From Oikopleura dioica (lineage: Eukaryota > Animalia > Chordata), in the NCBI GenBank assembly GCA_907165135.1, contig OU015567.1:372001-436000 (forward strand): 64,000 nt of DNA, in the 5' to 3' direction. The translations under genes were made by a program, and so were the position numbers. Below are positions 9,892 to 22,972 of the stretch, piece by piece. Each line of letters starts with the position of its first letter. Position 1 is the first letter of the stretch. The notes beneath the pieces are model-generated. The model ran no database searches, was not told the origin of the DNA, and was given only the letters and a program-made list of their open reading frames with translations.

Positions 9892-12872
9892 ATGCCGCCG
9901 AGACGGGGCTCCTCGGGGACGGGCTCCTCCTCTCCGACGAAGCAGAATGTCCATCCAGGTAAGTGTGTCTTCCCCTAAAGATTTGGGCACGAGCGCGTAA
10001 ACAGCGACTCATCCCCTCAACTCGCCACAAAATCCAAAAATCAACTCTGACTTCTTTTCGGTCATTTTCGGTCAGGATGGAAAATGAGACGAAATGAAAA
10101 CCTTCGATATTTTTGATAATAAGAGAAAGAGAATTAAAAGAGATAGGAAAATGTTCAGAGTTGAATCTGACGATTATGTTATTGGAAACATAGGTATTCA
10201 AGTTTTCATATAAATTATATGATATAATGAAACAAAAAAATTGATTCATAATAAATTTTGCTAACAAAAAATTCTTCAAAGTCAAAAAAAAAACAGAAAT
10301 TTGAAGTTCAATTTAATTATTCACTCGAAATATTTTATTAATAAAAACTCAGTATGGAACATATTTTAGTGGGTATTCATTCGAATTCTACGTAAAATCA
10401 ATTTTTAAACACGACTGTTAATACCAGGCCGCCGAATATTCATCTTACTCTTCCGAATCTGACTCGACTGAATTATTAATTCTTAATTAATTAACCCTTG
10501 GTGTAAATTTCTTTCCAATGAAAGCGAAGCGGGAAAGAAGGTGCTCGAAATCGGATGGTCGGATGAAAGTGTTTTTCAGATTTTGATTTTTAGATCGCTT
10601 GTCGAATTTGATTAGTTTTAATATTCAATTTGGCCAGCGCTTCTGGTTTTATTTATCGAAAAGCAGATCTGCCTAAGCCGATCAAGAGCTTTTGACCTTT
10701 CTTTTTTTCGCTGATCAAGTGACGTGAAGACGTAGACTTAGAGGTTTATCAGAAGACAACAAATATGCGCACATCTTTCTCAATAGTTGTTTCACTCTTT
10801 TTGTCAATAATGAAATTTTTCTTTCAAAGAAAAGCCTCATTTTTGGCATTGACCTTGGGCAGCTTCCTCTTCCCCCAAATCTTCAAAAACAATAAAAATA
10901 AAGCCTTCTTAGCGCATGTGCCCAAATCAACCTCCTTTATTGAATCCCTCATAAAAATAAGCAAAACTCCCTTCGTCGATGAATTAATTCATCTTTCAGA
11001 TGTGAGCAGCAGAAAAGACGAGCACTCCTCTTTTGGAAAGAGAACGACCATCGCCACCATGCAAAATAACTCGAACGGGCACCACCACAATGGGCATGGT
11101 TACGGGCAGAATGGCTATTTTGTCGACACAAGGAACGCGCTAAAAATGTAACTGTAACTGGCAGTGGTCAAGTGATAATGTGTAACAGGCTGTTGCAGAA
11201 GTATTGATCATGAATAGATGATTTTATGCATAATTTGCCATTCAGCGAAAAAAATGCAAAAACAGCGCTTTTTAGTCTGAAGCTGTCGGATAAAAACCAC
11301 TCAGAAGATTCGCTAGGACAGATTTCAGATTGACAGAATTTAATTGACTCCAGCAGCTTAAGACCACATAAGCTACTTAATCTGAAAAAGCAGTTTGAAA
11401 TCTCAGAACAGGTCCAATTTTCAGGCCACAGAGAAAAATGGAAGAAGGGGCGAAAAAACACGGAAGAAAAATTGGGATTGGAACTTGCTTTTGTCTTTCT
11501 TTTTTGTTCATAACTACAGTTTTAGGTAAGAAGATGATGAAAAAGGTGATTTTCATGCTTTTAGGTGCTCTTGTTGGGCTTGGGTACTACTTCTTTTGGC
11601 CAGATTATTCGATGCTTTTGGAAGCCTCAAAAGCGGAGGATGGCACGTGGTCAGATTTTTCCGCGTGGTCAGAATGCTCAACCACATGCGGCCCGGGGGA
11701 GCAAAAACGCATCCGTTTTTGCTTGAATCTAAAAAACGACGGGAAACCCTGCGATGGGGAGCGGGAAGAAGTGCGCGTTTGCAACGCTAGAATTGAATGT
11801 CCAGATTGTGGGAAAAAATGCGCTTTTGGATCGCTAAACAAGGTTTGCAAAGACATTTTTTGTCCTCAATTTGAGTCCTTTTTGCTTTAGGACTGTACAA
11901 AATGCACGTGCGAAAATCATACAGTGACTGGGAAGGTGTCCGACTCGACAGGACAGCCGATAATTGGAGCTTCGATCAGAAGAACAGATGTTTTTATGGA
12001 CACTCTTGCCATTTCGAATTTTCAGGGTGAATTCAGGTGAGTTTGCACTCCGACTCACGTCACTAAAACATTCAAGCATAACTGGAGTCTGCTCAAATGG
12101 AGACAACAGTTTAACAGCTTCAAAAGTAGGCTTCAATCCAAGGCCCGCGAATCCAGTCGAAATCTCTGTTGGATCTGCCCGTGTAGAAATCAGATTAGAA
12201 CACGTCTCCTTGCCGCGGATTCTCATCAATCCTCAACCGAAAATTCGCTTTGTTGGGCAGTCGGCGCGACTCTGTTGTTCAGGTTCTCTTCCTTGATTTC
12301 AGAGGATGGATTTTTTATGAGAAAAATGAATCTTGTTTTAGCTCAAGATGATGGGAGTGGAACATTTCCTCTCCGCGTAAATTGGTATTTTAACAATAAA
12401 CTGGTTGAAGAAGGAGAAGCTTACAATCAGACATCTACGGACCTGAAGCTGAGTGACATAAGAAAAGAAGATGCAGGAGAGTACTTCTGCCAAGTGACGA
12501 ATAATGCGGGAGTGATAAGAACGCAAAAAGTAAAACTTGAAGTGAAGGAAAAAAGTGAATCCAGTTGTCTTCCGCCAAAAGTAAGAGCAATTGTGAAAAG
12601 ATAAATCATGATTGAAGGTGTATTCCGTCGAAATTTGCCCAACGACAAGTCTGAAACAAGGGAACTGCGCGACAAGTCAACGATGCAACCATCCAGAGCA
12701 GCATCTTTCAATTGAATCGGAAAAGTGCGTCGACCAAGTTTCGGATTATTGCTGCCAAGTGGGCGCGTCTGATCAAATTGAAGTGACCTGTCCTGTTCCG
12801 GGCAGTGCGGACTTGACTTATCTAATGCCAATACAAAACTCGACGAGTTGTGCCTGCTTACCTTGTCAATAA
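9892..12872 (+). CDS. CILP: CILP-like protein (TSP1, carboxypeptidase-regulatory-like, Ig domain, Cys-rich end), membrane-anchored and C-terminally truncated
   Basis: WSDFSAWSECSTTCGPGEQKRIRFC; CTKCTCENHTVTGKVSDSTGQPIIGASI; RILINPQPKIRFVGQSARLCC; DAGEYFCQVTNNAG; ends CVDQVSDYCC...SCACLPCQ*. Exon 1 (9892-9958) joins in phase to 11000. Confidence 0.75.
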
Positions 12873-13038
12873 AGAATATTGAAAACTTTATTTTAGCGAT
12901 TTTGCCTTTTTTCTTCTGGAGAGTATATATTATATTAAAGTTCTTTAATTTAAAGATCATTTATTTCAGTGATAATGAAAATTAATAGATCTTGTAGAAG
13001 AACTGATGATTAATCAGTAGTGAACAATTTTGGAAAAT

Positions 13039-14203
13039 TCACTCATCATTGACGGGAGCTGCTTGGCAGTAGTCGAGCTTCTTCCCTTGATTTCTATCTG
13101 GGTCCTTTTGCCAACCAAATCGACCGCATTCTAGATCGAAGCTGACTTTTCGAGCGCCATTCCAATCGCAATCGGCTTTACATCTTCTTTTTGCTCCATT
13201 ACCCGTTGAATAGCAATTCCAGTGCCCCGCGCCAAGTGGAAAGAGCTCATCAACATCGCCCACGTGACAGGGGTATTCGCACATAGAAATAAGGTATCCG
13301 GCTTGTTGTGAAATATTACCGCCTCTAAATTTTTCTTCACTGATGAAAAATTCATAAGATCATACTTATCGCATCTATATTTCGCGATTCGACGACCATC
13401 GTTGCAGGTCAGCCTGTACTCCCAGTGAAATCTTTGGTTCCGATCAGGTCCATAGTGGTAGTTAGTTTCTCGCCTTTTTCGATCACCTGAAAGGCCTGAC
13501 CAAGAGCCATTCGAGCTCGAATTGCATTATCGCACCGATCTTTCGGTCTCATGCAATCAAGGGGCTCTCCATTGAAGCCGTGAAACTCGATTGTTGGCGA
13601 GATTGAACGGCACCCCTGCAATGAGATTTTTCTCTGGGAATTGTTTGGCAGCGAAAGCCCACTTGGACAACGAGCCTTACAACTTAAGGCTCGGGTTGGG
13701 AAGTCACCGCACTCCCACGAGCCATTCTCGATCGGCGCGGCTTTCAGGGCATCCGCCAGCATCTTCTTGCATCTCGATTCCGGATCGGCCCCACACTCTA
13801 GCTTCGCGCCGATGCCTGCTGAATTGATTCTTGCGCCGTCAGTCGAACACCCTTTTATCAGAGCTCAAGTTCTTTTCAGAATGCCAGTATGAACATCCAG
13901 CAATCAATATTTATACAAAAGCATATCTGCTGTATCCGACAATTGATTTTCCTCATAAACTTTGAGCCCTGCTTTTGCATTGAAAAATGCTTGTTTGCGA
14001 TTTCCATCGATGAAAACAACTTCGTCCGAGTTTGAGCATTTTGCGATGCATTTTACCACATCTATCCCTTCCCGCTGGCATTGCCACTCGCCACCAGCAA
14101 TGAGAGTGGAAAAAGTGGCTTCTCTAGCAAGACTCATGCATGCTCCTCGCGACTCCTCTTCAGCAGCGAAGGAAGCAAGAAAAAAACTTGTTAAAAGTTT
14201 CAT
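13039..14203 (-). CDS. Secreted protein with repeated sushi-like GxWxC...CxAxC modules (may be more than one gene)
   Basis: Signal MKLLTSFFLASFAA; GGEWQC...KCIAKC; NGSWEC...SCKARC; AGHWNC...RCKADC; internal junctions not fully resolved. Confidence 0.55.
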
Positions 14204-15033
14204 TTTTTTTTATATCTTGTCGATAAAAATTTGGAATACAAATTACAACAGAAGTTTTTATGCTCTTGCGAGTTCGGGCGCTAGAGATCTTTTAACCTGG
14301 CTTGTCTGGGAGAGTGCGCTACAAAGTCAGAGTAGAAATTCGGAAAACTTCTGTTGCGCTTTCTTGATGTCAACGGTTCAACCTACCATTTACATGTCAA
14401 CCATCAATCAAGAAGTGGATTCCAGAAAGGAAGTTATCTCCTGCTCACGTTTCGAGATACGAACTTTTAAGAAAATCAGTAATTTGAAATGCATGTATCT
14501 AAATTCGTGCTGAAACGGTACCTTTAAGGTTCTCATAGAACGTGTTGCGTCCGTAGCACCTCTCATGAACCTCTTGGCTAGATGAAGCCTAGCCCAATAG
14601 AAAGCTATTCTATTGATAAAATGAAGGCTGCTTCTTGATCGCCCGGAATGTTGGATTGCCCGGATCCTGAATCGCCCATTTTCCTTGATCGGTTCCGAGG
14701 ATTCCGGGCGATCCAGGATTCCAACGACAAAGGAGCATCTCAAAATGATCTTTCTTTGAGAATTTCGAAAAATAAACTCTTATTTTACGAGCCATCCGCG
14801 CCGAAACATAAACTGTTCTTTTAAGCGAGAAAAGCAAAAGAGGATTTCGACCCGCAAAGAATTTCAATGAAAAAAGATGGAAATCCTTAACAATTGAATT
14901 GCGACATCATTTGAGCGAGATTTATAATGAACTCTGAAATGATGATAAAAACTGATCATAAAATTGCCGTGAAATCAGCTTTATTTTTGAAAGTCGTTTT
15001 AAATTGCCAAAAGAGACAATACACTGAGAAGAT

Positions 15034-16955
15034 ATGAGTTTTTTTTATCATTTAAAACTTTTCACTTGGTTTTTGACCGGCTTTTTGGAGAATTTCCTCT
15101 TTCTCGGATTTTCATATGGCTTTTCTTTCTTTGAATTTATTTTAAAAGACCAAGGAGTTTTCTACAGCCAGTCATGTTCAAATGGGACTAATGTCTATTG
15201 GTCAGAAAGCAGCGAGCTTTGTCCAGAAGCATTAGAGCTTTATAATACCCTTTTTACGACAATATGAACGGGGATAAATTAAAGAAAAATAAAGGTTTAC
15301 AATTCTTTATTTGATCCTCAAAATAGCGGCAATTGCTATTCTAGGTTATTTTCTCTCAAGTTTCCTCATCGATTTTGTCGGAATTTTCTGGTTTCGAATG
15401 CTTTTTTGCTCGATGAACACTGCTGGATACATAATGGTCGCTTATTATGAAGAAAACCACCTTCTGCTCTTCCCAGGATTGATATTTATTGCCTTCACGC
15501 TCGCCGGCGTTTGGTTGGCGGATGCAATCGCTTCGAGCATTTTCGGAAAATACGAAGGAATCGTTGTTGTTCTTCTAGCTGGCGCGTTTGATGCATCAAG
15601 TGGGGTGCCGCTGATTTTGAAGAAGATTTATTCGACGTTTTCGCTCTCGCAAATGACGATATTTCTAGCGATTTTGACGGGAATCATGCACATACGAACA
15701 TTTCTGCAGATGCCATACTTTCTTCCGAATAATAGTTTTGAGAAGGGTTCGAGAAAAAATCTAACTAAACGACCTTCATCTAAATTGTTCATCATTCAAA
15801 ACTAATCCAACCCTATTACAGACAATGGCGAGATACTCAAAAATACTGTCTTCGGTAAACTCTTCTCAAAGAAAAAAATCAAGCCAAGAAAATCAATTGG
15901 CTTCGAAGATGAGCCAAAAATTTTTGACTTGAAAAAATGTTGTTCATCGGAAGAATCAAATAAAGTGACGAAGCTGACAGACTCCTTGAAAGACCCCGTA
16001 TTCATCATTTTTACATTGGTTTATCTTATTTCCTCGACGAGAGCGAGAAGCATCTCTGGCTGGATGTATCCCTGGCTTCAGTGGACTTATGCGTTTTCTC
16101 AAAATGCAACAAACGTGGAAATTGAAGAGCATGTTTCGCAGATTTTGGATGTTTTTGGCTACCTAATTTTTGCTTCACCCCTCTTCGCGCTTCTACCAGA
16201 ACTGATTGTTATCATCGCATTCTGGACACAGGAGCAGCTTCATAAAGAAGAATAATTGATTAAAAAAAATCACGCTTGAATTTTTTCAAAAGCTTTTTTT
16301 CAGCCGAACTTGAAAGAAAGGTTCAACCGAGATAAATTTCTCACAGTCGTTTTGATGAGCTTCATTTGCATGTCTGGAGTCATTTTGTCTGGACAAATGA
16401 TGTACCGGGTAAACTTTGAATAAGTAAAAAAATCATAACGAAAGTTGAGGCGAAGAGTTTGACGGACAATGCAAATACCTACGTCTTTTTAATACTTTTT
16501 CTTCTTTTCAAAGCGAACGTCTACGCTTCTCCTTGCAGTATGCTCTTGTTTTTCTTTCCAAAAGAACATTATGGCAATCTGGTCTCATTCAATGTCGCCC
16601 CTGTTTTTCTGTCAATGTGGCTGATTGATCCTCTTTTTCGAGTGATCTTAGGAAGAGTTTTTCTGACCATTCAAATATTGATAAAAGACTCAAAACTCTT
16701 TACAAAGGTGGAAATCAAATAAAAGAGGCGAATTTTGTTTGGGTCAACTTGGGCTTCGCCGTTTTACAAGGAATCTGTTTTTTCGAAGTATTCGCGCCGA
16801 AACATGGACTGTTCTTTTTGGCGAAAAAAGAGAGAGAGAACCTAAATACACGGAGAGCCTCGGTTTTCAGTCGAATTTCGGGAATTTCAGTGACAAGACT
16901 TCCAGCAGAAATGCTCGATGAAAATGCTCCGAGAAGATACTCAATAATTGGATGA
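15034..16955 (+). CDS. SLC43A: SLC43-family (LAT3/EEG1-like) MFS transporter
   Basis: TGFLENFLFLG...FILKDQGVF; LLAGAFDASSGVPLILKKIY; HIRTFLQMP; multiple TM exons. Confidence 0.8.
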
Positions 16956-17098
16956 AGCTTTTCATAAATATATCAAAGAAGATCCTTTATTCAAAAATAA
17001 ACTTGTTTTGGAAATAATATTCACTAAAAATCAATTGTCTGGAACAGTAGGAAGTCAGGAAGTCAATAAATTATAACATTAATTTTACACTTATAATC

Positions 17099-19351
17099 TT
17101 ATAGGGAAGTTGTTTGTGAGAAATCTGCGGTGGCATCGTTTCTTTGAGAAATATCTTTTTCATCCTCAGAAATTTCATTCCCTTCGCTCTCAATTTTCGA
17201 AAGATCTTTATTTTTCGCAAAATAAGAAGCAGCCAAGTAGCACAATCCAGCCGTTGCTTTCATCGTCAGTGCTTAAAAATGAGTTTAAATAATCAACAAT
17301 TTTCTTACGCAAGACGAGAAAAGCATGAACAAGCCCTCGATTGTCATGAATCAAGCAGTTTCCATCGGAACCGTCTTTCATTTCACTCCAGACGACGCAG
17401 GCTTCGTCGATGACAGCACCAACGACGATCGGAGCAGTGATGCTTCCGAGCAAGCACAAGATCAGGTTCAAACTCGCTGCGGTCGTCTTTTCGTCAGAAT
17501 TGAATTGGCGCAAATAAGCCGTCTGAAATCAAAATTCTTATTTCTATTTTAATCAAGCCGAAGATAACCTTGACGATCGGCAAGGGAGCATACGAAAACG
17601 CAAAAACGAAAAAGAAGCAAATAGTTATTTTCCAAAGAGAATCGCACTCAATAGCGTTTTCACAAAAGCCATCAGCAAGAGATTTGGCCACAGAATCCTC
17701 ATTGTCGCATCGACAATTGGTCAAATTGAAGTCGAGACAGCCAGCATGGCAAGGCGAAAAGTAAGTGATCGCTGATTCCTGGTCGCAAACTGGTTCGAAA
17801 ATTTCGTTTTGACAGGAACAACCCGAACGGCAAGATGATAAGTTGGAAAAATTTGAGAGAATCGAGTCTCCGTTTTTGTCGAAAACGCCGAAAATTTCTT
17901 GATTGTCGCAGGGAAATCTGTACATGCTCGGCAAGTACACCACCGATGCTGCCATTGAAGTCAGGAAACAAATGAAAAGCAACTTGCTGCTCTGCAATTT
18001 GAAAGTTCCAAAGGGAATCGGGATCAGACATCCAATAAGACCTCCGAGAGCGCATACGCCGCCGCAAAGTCCAGCTACAGAGGCGGAAATGTTGTATGTT
18101 TCTTGAAGAAGTTTCATTCCGTAGCCCATCAGAGCAGCTTATTTTAAGATTTTTATCGCCAAATTTCTTGATTTTTATTAAAAAGATTCTTTTAAAAAGT
18201 CAGAATGAGAAGATTTGAAAATCTTTCCTGTTGTAAAAAGATCGCAAATTCCACCAATCGAGCAAAACCACCAACAAGCATTTTTGAGCACAATTTTCGT
18301 CGCCTTCAATTCGCTCCCAATATCCGTTTTCTCGCTTCTTTTCCTTCCTGGCGCCCCGGGTAGAACTCTCGGGTAACCAAACAGAAAGGGGAAAGTGAGA
18401 CAAGCAATAAAGAACTGTATCAAAAATGGCAGCCACCAGGCCCCGATCCAATTTGGATCGCTCGGGTCAAGATCAACGGAGCCGTGTAGAGAAATATCCG
18501 TCCAGATGCCAAGGAAAAAAACGCTGCTGAAAAGTCCAAGCAGAGATCCAGCGACAGTACCGGCGTTGCAGATTGTTATATTCACTCCTCCCTTTTGCTC
18601 GTTTGTTTGGTCCTCTGCGGCTGTTACTCCTTTAAATAGAAGGTTCAAAATATAGCAAATCTTGATCTAACTCGCCTCTTGTCCATAAGACACTGTTACC
18701 GATTCCAGTAAGAAGCCCAGCGATGATAAAACAAGCAAGCCAGCTGGACTGATCAATTTCTCCAAAGAACTGATTATCTTTAGAAACAGAGCAAATATTC
18801 GGTTCAGACTCCTCCGCGCCTAAAATCGGAGCATTCGGAGTTACAAAATGCGGAATAAAATTGAGCGCCGCACCGAGAGCAATGGCTGCTCCGGCTGGAC
18901 CCAAAGAGCCGCCAAGAGAAATCTTCTTCGCTAACCAACTGGATGGAAAGGCAAAGGCAAGATAGCCAATGTCATAGGCAGCCATGATTAAGCCGGATTG
19001 CTTCGAGTTGAAACCAAAGCGTTTTTCAATTGTTGAAATTGAAGCTAAAAGAGCGCCGTATGGGCCGAATCCAATTGCGGCGATAATCACGGTGAGGAAG
19101 AAAACAAACCAATTCATCGAGTTCAAACACTTGAGAAAAAGTCATTTCCTAGTAAGAATCATGCAAATTTATACCTGCAAAAATTTAAAATAGAAAAAGA
19201 AAACATATCTTCCTTCTTCTTCTTTATTGCTCTGATTAGTTTTTTTAACATGATTTTTCTCTGAAAATTCTTTATTGAACATATTTTCTTCTCTCATTTT
19301 AAAGCAAAAGGACGGCTCTTGAACTTTTTGTAATTTTCTGTTAGACTTCAT
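17099..19351 (-). CDS. SLCO: Organic anion transporting polypeptide (OATP/SLCO)
   Basis: ISTIEKRFGFNSKQSGLIMAAYDIG; DPNWIGAWWLPF; Kazal-like CRSGCSCQNEIFEPVCDQESAITYFSPCHAGC; LGSITAPIVVGAVIDEACVVW; start approximate. Confidence 0.9.
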
Positions 19352-19685
19352 TGGCAGGAAACTAGCCGGACAGCCGGAACTTGAGCTCCCATCCGGTGGA
19401 TACAGGCCTCACTGATATAGCTTGAACCCGAGGTTGATAAGCAAAGCATAACACCGTAGCAAGAATAAAGCATTGAAATTCCTTCTCAAAAAGCAAATAC
19501 GAGCACGTCACAACTTCAAGCTATTTCTTTTACTGACCAATCTTCATCTTCAAACTCAACGAGAAACTTTTCAATACAGTGATGGAGAAATGATTAAAAA
19601 AGACATTGATGGCTTCCTTTTTTAAAACAAAAAAAGTCAAAGAAAACTATTTTGTTTTCGAAAAATTGACAGGAAGAGAAAAATA

Positions 19686-21318
19686 ATGCCGGGAAGAAAA
19701 AGGCTTGAATTCACGTTTTTAGCCTCGTTGGTAACCATATTTAAATACACCTCTGAGCTAACTCTTCCCTTTACAATAACGGCCATGTCTTCTCCTCAAG
19801 ATGGCGGCACTGTGGAATCTGTCTGTACGTTGAATGGATCAGTTCCAGTTGAAAATGCGGGGAAATCAGGAAACAACGATTTTGCCTGGACAGATGAGCA
19901 GTACGGAAACATACTCGGAGCATTTTTCATCGGCTATTCAATTTCTACCATCGGATCTGCTTTCGCAACGCAGAAATATGGGTTTTATCCGTTGATCAAG
20001 GTTTTGTGCTTCGGAAGTGCAACAACAACGCTTCTTTTCCCATTTGTCGTCAGGAGATCCTACCAACTCGGATGTCTTTTACGAGTCCTACTTGGCATCT
20101 TTTCCGGTCCATATGTCCCCGCTTTGCAAGGATCATGGTACTGGTGGGGCATTCCCAGCGAATTAACGACGAATATCGCGATTCAATCGGCTGGCGTGAC
20201 GATCGGGAATATTCTTGGCTCAGTCGGAAGCGGCATGATAATCGATTCATTTGGCTGGGAATACTGCTATTACGTCGCTGGAACTTGCCAGATTTTCGTT
20301 GGTCTTCTCTGGGCGGCTATGGTTGATCCTAAGCCAGACAGAGAAAGAGAAGCATTTGGCTTTTGCGGGATAAAGAAATTGAAGATTTCAAGTAGAATGT
20401 CAAAAGAAGAAAAATCTCTGGAAGGGACAAGAAATTCTTTACTAAAAAAAATAATGATGGCTTTTTCTTGTCCAAAAACAGATAAAACATTCTCGACCAG
20501 CATCACTTCTTACAACAGAACTGCGGGATATTCCTTTCCGATCGATTATAATAGACCCTCAAGTCCTCCTCGCTCTTCTAGGATTATTCTCTTTTAACTT
20601 GATAATGAGCAGCACGATCAGCGTTCCGACATATTTGACACGCGCTTTCGGGTTGCCACTTTCGATAGTGACCTACGTTTTTGGAACAGTAGCGCTTGGA
20701 TGCTTGATTGCTAGTTTACCTTCGGCGCTAATAGGTAATGATGAAGAAGATTTTAAAAGTATGAATTTTTCCGTTTAAAGTTGATAAATTACGAAAAAAG
20801 TACAGCACGACTTTTGTTCGAAAATCAATGATTGTATTTTTCTGGATTCTGATGCTCCCGTCAGTTTGCTGCATTAAAATTTTTGGTTGCAATTTTGTTG
20901 GAGTGTCCGTCCTTTTTTCTATTTATATTATTTCAACAGCTGCTTGCGGAAGTAAGTGATAAAGTTCGACGATTGATCTGATCGAATTAACAGTAGCCGG
21001 AATACTGCCAATTGCTGCTGAGCTGTCTGCAAATTTCGGCCCGATTGTGACTGGTTTCGCCGGTGGCATCGGCAATTTTGCGGGGTTCGCTTCCACTTCG
21101 CTCATGGTTTACCTGCTCAAAGACAAAAATCAAGGTAAGTCGTCAAATCAGACGTATCGAGTGTATATATAGATGACCCCGCCAATTGGAACCAGTTTTT
21201 TGTGGCCCCGGTTGGTTTCTTTACCGTTTTCATGGGCTTTTTCCTTGCTTTTGGAAAGATAGAAGTTCGACCGTGGGCGAAGAAAAGAACGACAAATTTT
21301 CCTTTTCTGCTGAAATGA
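19686..21318 (+). CDS. Divergent SLC17 (sialin/VGLUT-like) MFS transporter
   Basis: FAWTDEQYGNILGAFFIGY; GSGMIIDSFGWEYCYYVAG; ELSANFGPIVTGFAGGIGNFAG; NWNQFF. Confidence 0.75.
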
Positions 21319-21369
21319 GGAAAAAAATACACAAAAAACAATTTCACAATTTGTTTCAACTTTGTTTTT

Positions 21370-22676
21370 CTATTTAGCTTTAACGAATTTTTTCGCTTTT
21401 GCAACAGCATTGCCGAATTTCTTCTTCAAGATGACTTGCTTAGTTTTCTCAAGTCCAACATAGTAGGGTTGAGGCAAATGACTCCCGATCGGAAAGTCAG
21501 ACTCGTCGAAAAGCGGAAAATCAGTTGGGCCGTGATCATCCCCAGAATGTCTAAAGAAGTGTTTTTCTCCTCTTTTCGTTAACAGAAAAAAACATAAATG
21601 CTTGCCTGAACCAATAAAGTAGATCAAGCACTTTCACAATGGGATCGCTAACAAGTCGGATTCGCAAATGCTTCTTTACTCTAAATTTTTAGAGTAACAT
21701 TATCGGAAAACATTATCGGAGCAACAAAAATTTTCCGAGCGAGAAAATTAACCTTTCCTTGAACAAATCTTGAAGCGCCTGATTCCCAATTTTCGGGGCG
21801 GCGACACTCACAACTCGAAAATTCTCATTTTCATACTTAGGCGCTGATTATTGGCTCCGATTTTTTTTCATTTCTATACAACAGCCATTTTCACTGAAAA
21901 TTTAAAAAGTTCATCCTAGTTTTCGAGCCAATCCTAAGGAAGCGCCAACTAAACAGGCAACTGCGCCACCAAGTGAGTGGCCAACAATTAATATTTCGTC
22001 GACTGGTTTTGTTTCCAGAGTTGAATCGATAAAACTTTCAATTTTCGGCTTCAGAGCTTGAAAGCACTCGTAGAAACCGCTGTGAACGCGAGCTTCAGTT
22101 TCTTCAAATTGAACTTGGGAAATCTTTAAATCTTGCCAGACGTCTTGAAGCTCAAGTGTCCCGGCGATGGTGGCGATCGCATAAGTTTTTCCCTCAACAC
22201 CATCAATAGGCTTGTCTTTTGCATACATTAAGATGGCATCGGAGCCCGTTTCTTCGTCTCGGATGACTTCGAACTCGAAAAACTCGAATCTTTGCAGCAA
22301 TGAAGCCAAAGAAGACTAAATTAAGATTATCACTGATAACAGATATTAAAATTCTAGAACACCTTTTCGAGCTCACTTCCATGTTGCGTCACAATCTCAG
22401 TAAATTTTTTGCTGTCACCATTTTCAATTCGTGCTTCAGAGAGACTCTAGAAACGATTCTCAGTTGAAACGGGTGGTAAAATAGTATTTTTACTTGACAA
22501 TTGTAAGGAAGTGCAGATAGCCGAATAGAGAATTGAACTTTTAGGATTTTGTCGATTGAGATATTTTGGTAGTTCTCGTCTACCCACTCTTGGGCGTCAC
22601 TGTTGAACCACTCTTTTAAAAAATCAGCACAACCCATTTTAGATGAAATGCTTCCTTTTGAAGACTCGAATCGCAT
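21370..22676 (-). CDS. Class 3 lipase (alpha/beta hydrolase)
   Basis: IAGTLELQDVWQDL; RVHSGFY; ILIVGHSLGGAVA; C-terminal HLPQPYY. An alternative start MGCADF at 22637 is possible. Confidence 0.85.
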
Positions 22677-22972
22677 CAAAAGAAGAGACCGGAAATCGAT
22701 ATGATAAATGCTCAGCTCATAATACTTTCTATTGTACTACCATTAATTATGCACCATAATGGTAGAGATTAACCAACGAGTTATAACTTATAAGTCTTTC
22801 CCTCATGTCAGATCATTTAGCAAGAATCAAGAAGAAATTCTTGAAAGCGAGAATAAGTTGCATAACAAAATCTATATTACAAATAATTTATTTGAAATAA
22901 ATTATGATACTTATTGTCAATAAACCGATAATAGGAAAGAAAAATCTTAGGGCAATTCTTTAATTTTCGCTT

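Noticed and set aside
10007-10015. ACTCATCCC resembling the start of the Oikopleura spliced leader
   Set aside because: Match is only 9 nt and the following sequence diverges.
14290-14870. Possible small minus-strand gene
   Set aside because: Splice-like signals are present, but I could not assemble a consistent reading frame or find a homology cue.
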